Notes under the pieces: model-generated
Told to the model about the DNA's origin: nothing
The model's database searches: none
What the model saw: only the letters and a program-made list of their open reading frames with translations
Shown: in pieces, positions 7,927-15,458 of the stretch
Numbering within the stretch: the first letter of the stretch is position 1
Layout: every line of letters starts with the position of its first letter
Virus record (IMG/VR): IMGVR_UViG_3300036846_001134
Coordinates: 2,379-66,378 of that record
Length of the DNA stretch: 64,000 nucleotides
Strand: one strand, 5' to 3'
DNA from: a virus
Position numbers and translations under genes: made by a program

Positions 7927-8313
7927 ATGACAGAACGATTCTTTATCGACAGGCCCGTACAGACGGGCGCAATGAGCCAGCCGCGCGACCTGGACGACGC
8001 CGTCTTCCCCACTTACGCGGAGATGGACGGCAACCTGCTCAAGTGGAGCGGCAGCTTCCCCCTGCCCGAGGTGGGCGCCCACGTCTACATCACCATGAAC
8101 AACATCGGCTGGGCCTACGTGGAAGGCTACTTTGCGAGCGCTGGCTACCTGGGCGTGATGACTCGTGCCACCAACCCGCCCGCGTGGCTGCGCAGGCAGC
8201 AGCGCGAGCGCGCCAACTGCCCCAACTCGCCCGAGTGGGTGCGCAAGGGCATCGGCTGCGAGTTCGGGACCGAGATCGCGCTGACCAAACCCAGGCGCAA
8301 GGAGGTGGCATAG
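7927..8313 (+). CDS. Hypothetical early protein
   Basis: AAGGA RBS, ACCCC-ATG. Confidence 0.7.
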   Translation: MTERFFIDRPVQTGAMSQPRDLDDAVFPTYAEMDGNLLKWSGSFPLPEVGAHVYITMNNIGWAYVEGYFASAGYLGVMTRATNPPAWLRRQQRERANCPNSPEWVRKGIGCEFGTEIALTKPRRKEVA

Positions 8314-8315
8314 CC

Positions 8316-8579
8316 ATGACGATAGACCAAGCCTGCGAGAGAGCCCGCCAGCTGCGCGGCAAGCAATTCCTGATGCCCCAGGACCGGGACGCGCTGGATA
8401 GCCTGATGGGCGCGGCGCTGGTGGCCCAGCGCCTGATGGCCCGCCTGGAAACCCTGGAGTCGCTGACGGGCGCGCTCCAGGATACCAACGAAAGCTCCGA
8501 CGGTGGCGAGAGCTACATGGTGATGGGCAATGTGGACACGGCCCTATTGATCGAGGTTGGGCTGCGGAGGGCGAAATGA
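8316..8579 (+). CDS. Hypothetical protein
   Basis: GGAGGT RBS. Confidence 0.65.
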   Translation: MTIDQACERARQLRGKQFLMPQDRDALDSLMGAALVAQRLMARLETLESLTGALQDTNESSDGGESYMVMGNVDTALLIEVGLRRAK

Positions 8580-8890
8580 CCAAGACCATCGACATCACCC
8601 CCAACTTCGCGCATCTGTTCGCGATGTTCATAGAGCAGGCCCGCACCCAGGGCCTGCACATCACCCGCTACCTGCCGCTAGAGGAGGTGGTCAACAAGCC
8701 CGCCACGCTCGCGGCCGTGCTGCGCGGCTTTGAAGGCCCTATCGTGGCGCTCAACATCGCCGCGAGCGCCATGACCACGGCCGAGGAGGTCGAGCAGCTG
8801 CGCAGCGTGCTGAGCGAGTTGGCGAGCTACCTCGACCAGACCGCAGGCCGCCTGGAGAAGCAGGCCGAGGGGGAGGACGGCAAGCGATGA
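8576..8890 (+). CDS. Hypothetical protein
   Basis: ATGA overlap, GGAGG RBS. Confidence 0.7.
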   Translation: MTKTIDITPNFAHLFAMFIEQARTQGLHITRYLPLEEVVNKPATLAAVLRGFEGPIVALNIAASAMTTAEEVEQLRSVLSELASYLDQTAGRLEKQAEGEDGKR

Positions 8891-9033
8891 GTTGGTGCAT
8901 GTATTGCTGCCTCGCGCTTCATCCAACGATGTTGACTGGGTATTGCCTGACCCGGTGCAAGTGCGACAACTGTGGCCGTACGGCGGATCTGGCGATGGTG
9001 AAACCTAAGATGAGCACCGAGGAAAAGCAGTAA
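8887..9033 (+). CDS. Small Cys-rich (zinc-ribbon-like) protein (48 aa)
   Basis: CMYC...CKCDNC; ATGA overlap; stop abuts HH8. Confidence 0.6.
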   Translation: MSWCMYCCLALHPTMLTGYCLTRCKCDNCGRTADLAMVKPKMSTEEKQ

Positions 9034-9034
9034 C

Positions 9035-9083
9035 CCCCTGACGAGGCCGTGAAAGTCGCGCCGAAACGCCGTGAGGCGTCGGG
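9035..9083 (+). ncRNA. Hammerhead ribozyme HH8 (GUC, predicted cut after 9080)
   Basis: Canonical core; loop II ugaaagu; bulged stem II. Confidence 0.9.
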
Positions 9084-9108
9084 ACACATTCCCAAGGAAA
9101 CAAACCCC

Positions 9109-9288
9109 ATGACAACGACAACCTACGTGGCCGTGCAGCAGACCGGAAAGCGCACGACCTTCGAGCGCGAGGAGGAGGCCAGGACCTTCGCCGAGCGCTG
9201 CCGGAGAGACGACATGTTCACCTACATCCTGGAAGTCAAGACGCGGTTCCTGGCGAGCTATTGCCCCGAGCCGGCGGAGGTGAAATAG
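9109..9288 (+). CDS. Small hypothetical protein
   Basis: AAGGA RBS, ACCCC-ATG. Confidence 0.65.
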   Translation: MTTTTYVAVQQTGKRTTFEREEEARTFAERCRRDDMFTYILEVKTRFLASYCPEPAEVK

Positions 9289-9290
9289 CC

Positions 9291-9545
9291 ATGCCAAAAC
9301 CCAAGGACCTGATTGCCTACATCGTCGCCAAGGTGCGGATCGCGCCGCGCGATGGCGAAAAGTACGACTTCGACCATGTGGCCGGGTATATCGAGGGCGC
9401 GCTCTCGCGGGCCATGCGGGAGAACGATCCCGAGGACGACGTGGTGGACCTGATTACATTCCACCAGAACCGCGCGCCGCTTGAAACCGCCGCGCTCGAC
9501 AGGCTGTTGAGCACCGGGATGATCGACGAGGAGACGAAATCATGA
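9291..9545 (+). CDS. Hypothetical protein
   Basis: GGAGGTGA RBS. Confidence 0.7.
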   Translation: MPKPKDLIAYIVAKVRIAPRDGEKYDFDHVAGYIEGALSRAMRENDPEDDVVDLITFHQNRAPLETAALDRLLSTGMIDEETKS

Positions 9546-9775
9546 CCACCACCGAGAAACTGATCCAGTCCCAGGTCAAGCGCCTGGGCGAGAGCTTCGA
9601 GCGCCTCAAGGTCTGGACCGACTTCAACTATCAGGCCACGCGCGCCTGTCCCGCCAACCCCGAGCAGATCCTGCGCGAGAGCAACCGCGTCGCGCAGCTG
9701 GCCGAGGGTATCGAGCACCTGATCGAGCGCCGCGCCAAGGAGATAGCGGCGGCCAAGAAGGTGAAGCAGCCATGA
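9542..9775 (+). CDS. Hypothetical protein
   Basis: ATGA overlap. Confidence 0.7.
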   Translation: MTTTEKLIQSQVKRLGESFERLKVWTDFNYQATRACPANPEQILRESNRVAQLAEGIEHLIERRAKEIAAAKKVKQP

Positions 9776-10101
9776 GCAAACTGATTGGCAAGCGCTTCCG
9801 CACCCTGATTCCTGATTACGAGGAGGACGAGGAGTACGGCGAGGTGACGCATCCCATAGGCAGCGAGTTCATTGTCGTCGCCAACCTGGACTACCAGTGG
9901 GGCGAGCCGGGGGACAAGGGCTACGGCTACGCGCACAGCGTGTCCTGGCAGGGGACCGCCCTGCCGGGAAGCTGGCAGGGCGGCAAGAAGAAGCTGTTCG
10001 TCGTCACCGGGACGCCCGTGCCAGCCGAGGGTATGTGGTGCATCTGGACCGACGTCGAGATTGCCCGCGACGCCGTGGAGGTGACGGAACCAACCCCCTG
10101 A
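9772..10101 (+). CDS. Hypothetical protein
   Basis: ATGA overlap; its TGA stop is the UGA of the HH9 core. Confidence 0.7.
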   Translation: MSKLIGKRFRTLIPDYEEDEEYGEVTHPIGSEFIVVANLDYQWGEPGDKGYGYAHSVSWQGTALPGSWQGGKKKLFVVTGTPVPAEGMWCIWTDVEIARDAVEVTEPTP

Positions 10102-10143
10102 CGAGCCCGTGAAAGTCGGTGCGAAACGCCGTGAGGCGTCGGG
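10095..10143 (+). ncRNA. Hammerhead ribozyme HH9 (GUC, predicted cut after 10140)
   Basis: ccc-CUGACGA-gcccg(ugaaagu)cggugc-GAAA-cgcc(GUGA)ggcg-UC-ggg. Confidence 0.88.
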
Positions 10144-10147
10144 AGCA

Positions 10148-10192
10148 TTTCACCCCGCTGCGCTTGACAAAATTCAAGCGCAATGCGAAACT
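10148..10192 (+). promoter_or_regulatory. Early promoter P6
   Basis: TTTCACCCC; TTGACA at 10164-10169; 17 nt; TGn-GAAACT. Confidence 0.85.
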
Positions 10193-10214
10193 GATTATTG
10201 AAAGGCAATACCCC

Positions 10215-10544
10215 ATGACAAACACGCAACGAAGACGCAACGGCGCAGTCGCGTTCAAAGCTTACGCCGACCGTATGAAGCTGGACGCCATCGAGCGCAA
10301 GCAGGACTACTCGATCACCGACTGCATCACCGACCTGCTGCACTACGCGCGTGCCCGTAAGCACGACACGAACAGCATCCTGCGTAGCGCGGACAATCAT
10401 TTCTCGGCCGAAACCCTAGCCGTGGAGCACTGCGCCGTCTGCGGCGCTGGAATCAGCATGGCCGAGTTGGAGGAGGGCACGCTCGTTTCCAAGAGCGGGA
10501 ATAAGTTTTACTGCTCGGCGAAGTGCGAGGAGAAGAACGCATGA
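10215..10544 (+). CDS. Hypothetical protein with C-terminal TRASH/YHS-like Cys motif
   Basis: ITDLLHY motif; CAVCG...FYCSAKC. Confidence 0.65.
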   Translation: MTNTQRRRNGAVAFKAYADRMKLDAIERKQDYSITDCITDLLHYARARKHDTNSILRSADNHFSAETLAVEHCAVCGAGISMAELEEGTLVSKSGNKFYCSAKCEEKNA

Positions 10545-10933
10545 AGACCACCGACAACCCACGCGCCCACGGCCGCACGCCGCGAGTGCTCGTGCCCGTG
10601 ACGACGCTCGACTTCGCCGCCCGCGCCTTCACCACTGCCGTGCGCAAGCTCGACGGGCCGCACGCGGACACGGAGTTGATCCGCGAGCTGCTCATGATCC
10701 GCGAGCGTCTTTCCCTGCTGGCCGCCCAGAAACCCGCGCGGCCCCGCGCCCCCAAGGGCCATGCCATCGTGCCCAAAGCGCTACTGCATGAGGCTATCGG
10801 CGACATCCTGGATGGAGCCAATGAGTTCGAGGACGCTGCGGGCTACTGCAACGACACGGACGCGGAGTCCTGCGAGTCCCACGGCGACGGCATGCGCCAG
10901 ACGGCGAGCAAGCTACGGAGGTACGCGAGATGA
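10541..10933 (+). CDS. Hypothetical protein
   Basis: ATGA overlap, GAGGAG RBS. Confidence 0.65.
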   Translation: MKTTDNPRAHGRTPRVLVPVTTLDFAARAFTTAVRKLDGPHADTELIRELLMIRERLSLLAAQKPARPRAPKGHAIVPKALLHEAIGDILDGANEFEDAAGYCNDTDAESCESHGDGMRQTASKLRRYAR

Positions 10934-10966
10934 GCAAATACTCGCGGGCGGTGGAGGGCAAATAAG

Positions 10967-11212
10967 ATGACGAAATTGCGTTTCAAGCAGAATCACGTCT
11001 TCGTGATGGGACAGGGGAGAGTGCTGCGCGGCGAGGTGCGCCTGCCGAATCCCTTCACGGAAAAGCGCAGCAGAATCTGGGAGCAGGAGGTGGAGGTTGA
11101 ACTGGAAGGACCTCACGCCCGCGTGAGCATGGTCCTGCGCCGCGACGCCGCGCTTCAGCTTGCCGATGCAATCCGCGCATTGGCGGAAAGGTTGCCGGAA
11201 TGCCAACCCTGA
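10967..11212 (+). CDS. Hypothetical protein
   Basis: GGAGG RBS. Confidence 0.55.
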   Translation: MTKLRFKQNHVFVMGQGRVLRGEVRLPNPFTEKRSRIWEQEVEVELEGPHARVSMVLRRDAALQLADAIRALAERLPECQP

Positions 11213-11436
11213 TCAACCCCGCGCGCACCGTCAAGCGCGAGACGGCCTCGACCTACCGGGGCATCCCGCTGATCGTGGAACTCCACCCCGGCTACCTGAC
11301 CCTGCGCCAGAAGGGCAGGCGCCGCAGTGTCTCAATCGAGTACGGGGCCGTGCTCGACCTGGGCTATAAGATCCTGGCCAGGGCCGAGCGCGCCGAGAAG
11401 CTGGCCAGTAAGGCCGAGAAGAGGAAACCACGATGA
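11200..11436 (+). CDS. Hypothetical basic protein
   Basis: ORF in coupled run. Confidence 0.65.
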   Translation: MPTLINPARTVKRETASTYRGIPLIVELHPGYLTLRQKGRRRSVSIEYGAVLDLGYKILARAERAEKLASKAEKRKPR

Positions 11437-11792
11437 ACCGAAAGAAGCCGAAGAAGCCGAAAGCGCTCACCCACTGGAAGAACGCGCCGCCCGAGGCGCG
11501 CAGCGCGCACGCCCGCATGATGGGCCAGCTGCGCTGGAAGGACGTGCCGGTCGAGGACCGCAAGCAGCAGATGAGCGAGCTGGGCCAGCTGGGCCTGGGC
11601 ATCAAGCGCCCGCACCAGGGCAAGGACCACTGCCCCTGCGGCGCGATGACGCTCAAGCGCGCCCAGACCAGGGCCGGCAAGGACGGCAAGGGCTGGGGCC
11701 ACAAACCCAAGTGCCGGTTTTACAAGCCCGAGCCGGTGAACCGCGTGATCAAGCGGCGCAACATGGGGCCGCGCCAGGAGAACGCCGCTTGA
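11433..11792 (+). CDS. Basic protein with CPC...H..C motif
   Basis: ATGA overlap. Confidence 0.65.
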   Translation: MNRKKPKKPKALTHWKNAPPEARSAHARMMGQLRWKDVPVEDRKQQMSELGQLGLGIKRPHQGKDHCPCGAMTLKRAQTRAGKDGKGWGHKPKCRFYKPEPVNRVIKRRNMGPRQENAA

Positions 11793-11899
11793 ATTGTGTA
11801 AATTTTAACTGTCACCTGAATTAGCAGAAACAAAAAGAAATAGCCAAATACGAGCTATGCGAATATGATTAGGGCTTAAATCCAAAAGGAAAACCTGAA

Positions 11900-12442
11900 A
11901 TGTCAAACCGAAAACCCAAGAAGCGGCGCATCTGGACCGAGCAGGAGAAGCGCATGCTGATTGCCGCATTCGAGGCGCAGTCTGTCAACACGAGAATGCA
12001 GTATCTCAAAACGCGCGGCGTCTCTAGCGGCTGGTTCTACGGCATGCGCAGGAAGATGAACGCGACGCCAGCGACGCCCGCGCCCGTAGCTGAAGGCGGC
12101 TCGCTCGATTCCATCCTGGCCGACTACGTCGCCGCGCCCCGGACGGGCAGGGAGAAGTCGGTCATCCTCAAGCAGTACGGCATCAACCACCAGCAGATGT
12201 GGGACTGGCGGCACCTGGGCCGCATTCCCCCGAACTTGCGGCACCTGGCCAATGGCCACTCCAAGGCGCTGGTGACGGTGCCGCGCGGACGCCCCAGGCG
12301 GCAAGCCATCGACATCCCCGTGTTCCATCTCGAACCGGCGGCCGAGCGCGCGGTGACGCTCGACGATGCCATCAATGTCATCCAGGTCAAGCGCGATGTC
12401 TACACCGAGGTCATCGAGCTCCTGAAACACCTAAAACAATAG
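11900..12442 (+). CDS. DNA-binding protein with two HTH-like repeats
   Basis: RRIWTEQEK...GVSSGWFY and LKQYGINHQQMWDWR; AT-rich upstream region. Confidence 0.6.
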   Translation: MSNRKPKKRRIWTEQEKRMLIAAFEAQSVNTRMQYLKTRGVSSGWFYGMRRKMNATPATPAPVAEGGSLDSILADYVAAPRTGREKSVILKQYGINHQQMWDWRHLGRIPPNLRHLANGHSKALVTVPRGRPRRQAIDIPVFHLEPAAERAVTLDDAINVIQVKRDVYTEVIELLKHLKQ

Positions 12443-12456
12443 AGAGGAGAAAAGCA

Positions 12457-12777
12457 TTGCCAGAACCGCCTAAACTACGCAATCTGTCGCGCCACCAGTA
12501 CGGCACGCTGAAGTTCATCCACGAGCACAACGTCACGCTGAGTTACCTCGGGCGGGCGCACGCCAACACGCTCGGCTCGCTCGCCTACCACGGCTGGATA
12601 CGCCGCGTGGGCACGGGCGAAAGCGCGCTGATCATGCTGACCGCGAGGGGCGAGGAGGAGCTACAGAGCTACGTGCTCGGCGGCATGAACGAGCGCCAGA
12701 AAGCAGGCGAGCTGACCGAGCGCGTGCGGCGCCTGCTGCACGTCTCGCGCGTGATCGCCATGAAGGGAGCGGCGTGA
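12457..12777 (+). CDS. Winged-helix-like protein
   Basis: TTG start after GAGGAG; LAYHGWIRR...LTARGEE. Confidence 0.55.
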   Translation: MPEPPKLRNLSRHQYGTLKFIHEHNVTLSYLGRAHANTLGSLAYHGWIRRVGTGESALIMLTARGEEELQSYVLGGMNERQKAGELTERVRRLLHVSRVIAMKGAA

Positions 12778-12983
12778 TGACTCCCGATACCTGGAAGCTA
12801 ATCGCATCCATCGGTGGGGTGCTCCTCACCGTCGTGACCGGCCCCATCATCTGGGCCATTCGCGCAGAAGCCGGCAAACTGCGGACGGAGATGAAGCTCC
12901 TTCAGGCAGAACTAGAAGTGCACCTGACCTTAATGGAAAAGCGTCTCAATGAGCGTATCGATACCCGGTTGGTGCATAGGTAA
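12774..12983 (+). CDS. Small TM plus coiled-coil protein
   Basis: N-terminal hydrophobic helix followed by heptads. Confidence 0.6.
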   Translation: MMTPDTWKLIASIGGVLLTVVTGPIIWAIRAEAGKLRTEMKLLQAELEVHLTLMEKRLNERIDTRLVHR

Positions 12984-12985
12984 AA

Positions 12986-13924
12986 ATGCCCCGCCTGATC
13001 GACCGCATCCGCAGCGAGCGCGCCTTCCAGATGCCCGTCTGGGTGGCGCCGTACTTCGAGAAGGCCTGGGAGCGGCAGGTCCACAATCTCATGCCCCTGA
13101 TCGAGGACCCCCAGCTGCCCGTGCTATTGATCGACAACGTGGCGGATTACTACTATTTCGGCAGCGACCAGGAGTACTGGGATCTGAAGCACGACTTCCC
13201 CAACCTCGCGCCGCCCTTCCCCGCGTTCTGGGCCGAGCACCGCATGGTCACGCGCATCCACAGCAAGGACGCGGGCGACACCGACATGAGCTCGCTCGTG
13301 GGCCACAACGGCAAGATCGGCGCGCTAGTCCACGCCATCGACCCCGCCGACGCCACGTTCGACCACGGCGACGGGCCGCCCGAGGGCACCAGGTGGATTC
13401 TGTGGTGCGAGCTGTTCATCGACTACGGGAACAGGACCGACCGCCCCACCGGGCCGCACGGCAGCACCTTCCTCTGTATCGACGCCGAGGGCCGCTGCCT
13501 GGACCGCCCTTGGATGCGCGGCTTTGCGAGCGACTCTGACGCCGATAGCATGCGCGCGCTGATGACCTACTTCTACCCCACGCTGTTGACCATCTGTTTT
13601 TTGCACTGCAAGAACGTCGAGGTCGCCGAGGAGCGCGTGGACAAGCCGCTCGCCAAGAAGTACCACGCCAAGACCGGCAAGTGGCCCGTGCGCTACAAGA
13701 CCCTGGTGATCGAGCCGCTCAAGAAGATCCTGCGGCACCAGGGCAATAGCGACAGCGTGGGCGTGGCCAAGGCCATGCACATCTGCCGGGGCCACTTCAG
13801 GGACTATAGGGAAGGGCGCGGGCTGTTTGGGAAATACAAGCAGCTGGTGTGGACGCCCATGACCGTGCGCGGCACCAGGGGCAAGCAGGCGCCGCCCGCG
13901 CGCGAGATCGAGGTGAGGATATGA
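12986..13924 (+). CDS. Conserved phage hypothetical protein
   Basis: 312 aa; C-terminal HICRGHFR...WTP..VRG motif common in phage proteins. Confidence 0.7.
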   Translation: MPRLIDRIRSERAFQMPVWVAPYFEKAWERQVHNLMPLIEDPQLPVLLIDNVADYYYFGSDQEYWDLKHDFPNLAPPFPAFWAEHRMVTRIHSKDAGDTDMSSLVGHNGKIGALVHAIDPADATFDHGDGPPEGTRWILWCELFIDYGNRTDRPTGPHGSTFLCIDAEGRCLDRPWMRGFASDSDADSMRALMTYFYPTLLTICFLHCKNVEVAEERVDKPLAKKYHAKTGKWPVRYKTLVIEPLKKILRHQGNSDSVGVAKAMHICRGHFRDYREGRGLFGKYKQLVWTPMTVRGTRGKQAPPAREIEVRI

Positions 13925-14931
13925 GAAAACGAAGGAAGAAGCAGGCAACTCCAACTCCCAGGCCGCCCCGTATCTTTCAGTCGGTGGCCGCCGATCCGAA
14001 AGACGACCTGAATCAGTGGTTGAACGATCTGGTCGATCCAGCCAAGTGCCGCATTGATCCGGCCATCGCCAAGGCCCTGGTGCGCTGGGTCACGCCGGAG
14101 GACGCCGAGGAATGGATTGCGCGGCTGCCCCCTTACCAGCGCAACATCAAGTCGCGCAGCATGGAAGAATTCGTGACGGACATGCAGGAAGGGTACTGGA
14201 TCGACGGCGTGCCCGTCATCGCCTTCAATCGCGATGGAGAACTCATCAACGGACATCACGTCCTGGGGGCATTTCTTAAGGCTAAGCTGGCAAAAATTCT
14301 CTGCATCGTGGTGGTCAATTGCGACCCCAATGCCTACCTGGGATACGACCTGGGGATCAAGCGCTCGCTCGCCGACAACCTCAAGGGGGAAACCGATTCA
14401 CCGGCGCAAGTGGGTAAGGTTCTCAACGTCCTGCGCCAATGGGATCTCAATGAATATGAGGGGAGGGGGTACATGACCGCGCGCGAGGGCACCATGCATC
14501 TCCAGGGCCGGCGCGGCCGCGAGTTTCTGGCAAAGCACCCCGGCATTGAGGGTCACCTGTTTCCGAATCCGTTTCGGACCAATGCGGGCTATCGCTCCGT
14601 CGCCGCCATGCATGCCGCATCGTACCGCCTGCACCAGATCGACCCGGAAACAGCCCAGAAGTTCTTTCACTGTTTCGTCAGCGGAGCCGATATGCCCGCA
14701 GGCCATCCCGTGCTGGTGCTGCGCGGCGTGTTCCAGAATATGGACAAGGACATGCGGTGGCGCAGCGGGCCGACGCTCGCGCACGTCATCACCGCCTGGA
14801 ACCTGTTTGTGGCCAAATCGAAAGTCGCGGCTGGCAGGTGGCCTTTCCGCATGGGCCAGAGCAGCTTCCCAGAGATAGCCGTCCCACTGCCAGTGCCGGA
14901 ATCCTCGCGGTCGGGTAAGGGAGTGAATTAA
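13921..14931 (+). CDS. ParB-N-like domain protein
   Basis: VTPEDAEEW, YQRNI, DMQEGYW, IAF..DGELINGHH.L (divergent DGQHR), YDLGIKRS. Confidence 0.6.
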   Translation: MRKRRKKQATPTPRPPRIFQSVAADPKDDLNQWLNDLVDPAKCRIDPAIAKALVRWVTPEDAEEWIARLPPYQRNIKSRSMEEFVTDMQEGYWIDGVPVIAFNRDGELINGHHVLGAFLKAKLAKILCIVVVNCDPNAYLGYDLGIKRSLADNLKGETDSPAQVGKVLNVLRQWDLNEYEGRGYMTAREGTMHLQGRRGREFLAKHPGIEGHLFPNPFRTNAGYRSVAAMHAASYRLHQIDPETAQKFFHCFVSGADMPAGHPVLVLRGVFQNMDKDMRWRSGPTLAHVITAWNLFVAKSKVAAGRWPFRMGQSSFPEIAVPLPVPESSRSGKGVN

Positions 14932-15458
14932 ATGAGCGACCGGGAAGTTATGACCATCCATGATGCCATGCGCGCCATAAACGACGAGTACAACGCCGAG
15001 ACCATGCGGGCGCGGCGGGACCCGGCCTTCAACCGGCTGATGTCTGCGCAAATCCTGGAAGAGTACCTGGAAATCGACCGGGAACTGCCGGGATACGTCG
15101 GCGACATAGCGGCAATGTCAGGAGTAAAAAAGGGCACGATCCTGCCGGATTACGTCTACCAGATGGCGCGCATGTGCTTCCGCCTGGGCATGCGGACGCA
15201 GCGCAAGCTGGATCACCCTGACCAGGCCAGCTCGATCTTCATGACGCCCGAGCCCCTGCGCCTCTACACGGTCTACGACCACCCAAGCGATTTCCCTGAT
15301 TGGTACGTGGTGCGCGAGTTCAATTATGATCAGCCAGGGGAGATCGTCGCCGCCGCGCCGGACCTGGAAGAAGGCGGGCGCTATTGACCCACATGGGTCT
15401 GACCTGCATCCCGCGCCACGCCGATGACGACCCGGTGATTGTGGAGGTCTGGGTGTGA
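14932..15458 (+). pseudogene. Hypothetical protein with an apparent 1-nt frameshift near 15370
   Basis: Frame stops at 15387; the alternative frame continues LTHMGLTCIPRHADDDPVIVEVWV to TGA 15456-15458, coupled to the next ATG. Confidence 0.55.

Noticed and set aside
3588-10143. Intergenic repeats as a CRISPR array, REP elements, attC sites or terminators
   Set aside because: Spacing is gene-sized and irregular, there are no cas genes or integron integrase, and no U-tracts; the hammerhead core with covarying stems explains them better
3599-10214. Long N-terminal extensions in the ORF track (starts at 3599, 4526, 6518, 7014, 7858, 9049, 10119)
   Set aside because: They run through ribozyme or promoter sequence; downstream ATGs have a proper RBS
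11900-12442. IS3-family transposase OrfA
   Set aside because: HTH resemblance only; no DDE OrfB or terminal inverted repeats seen
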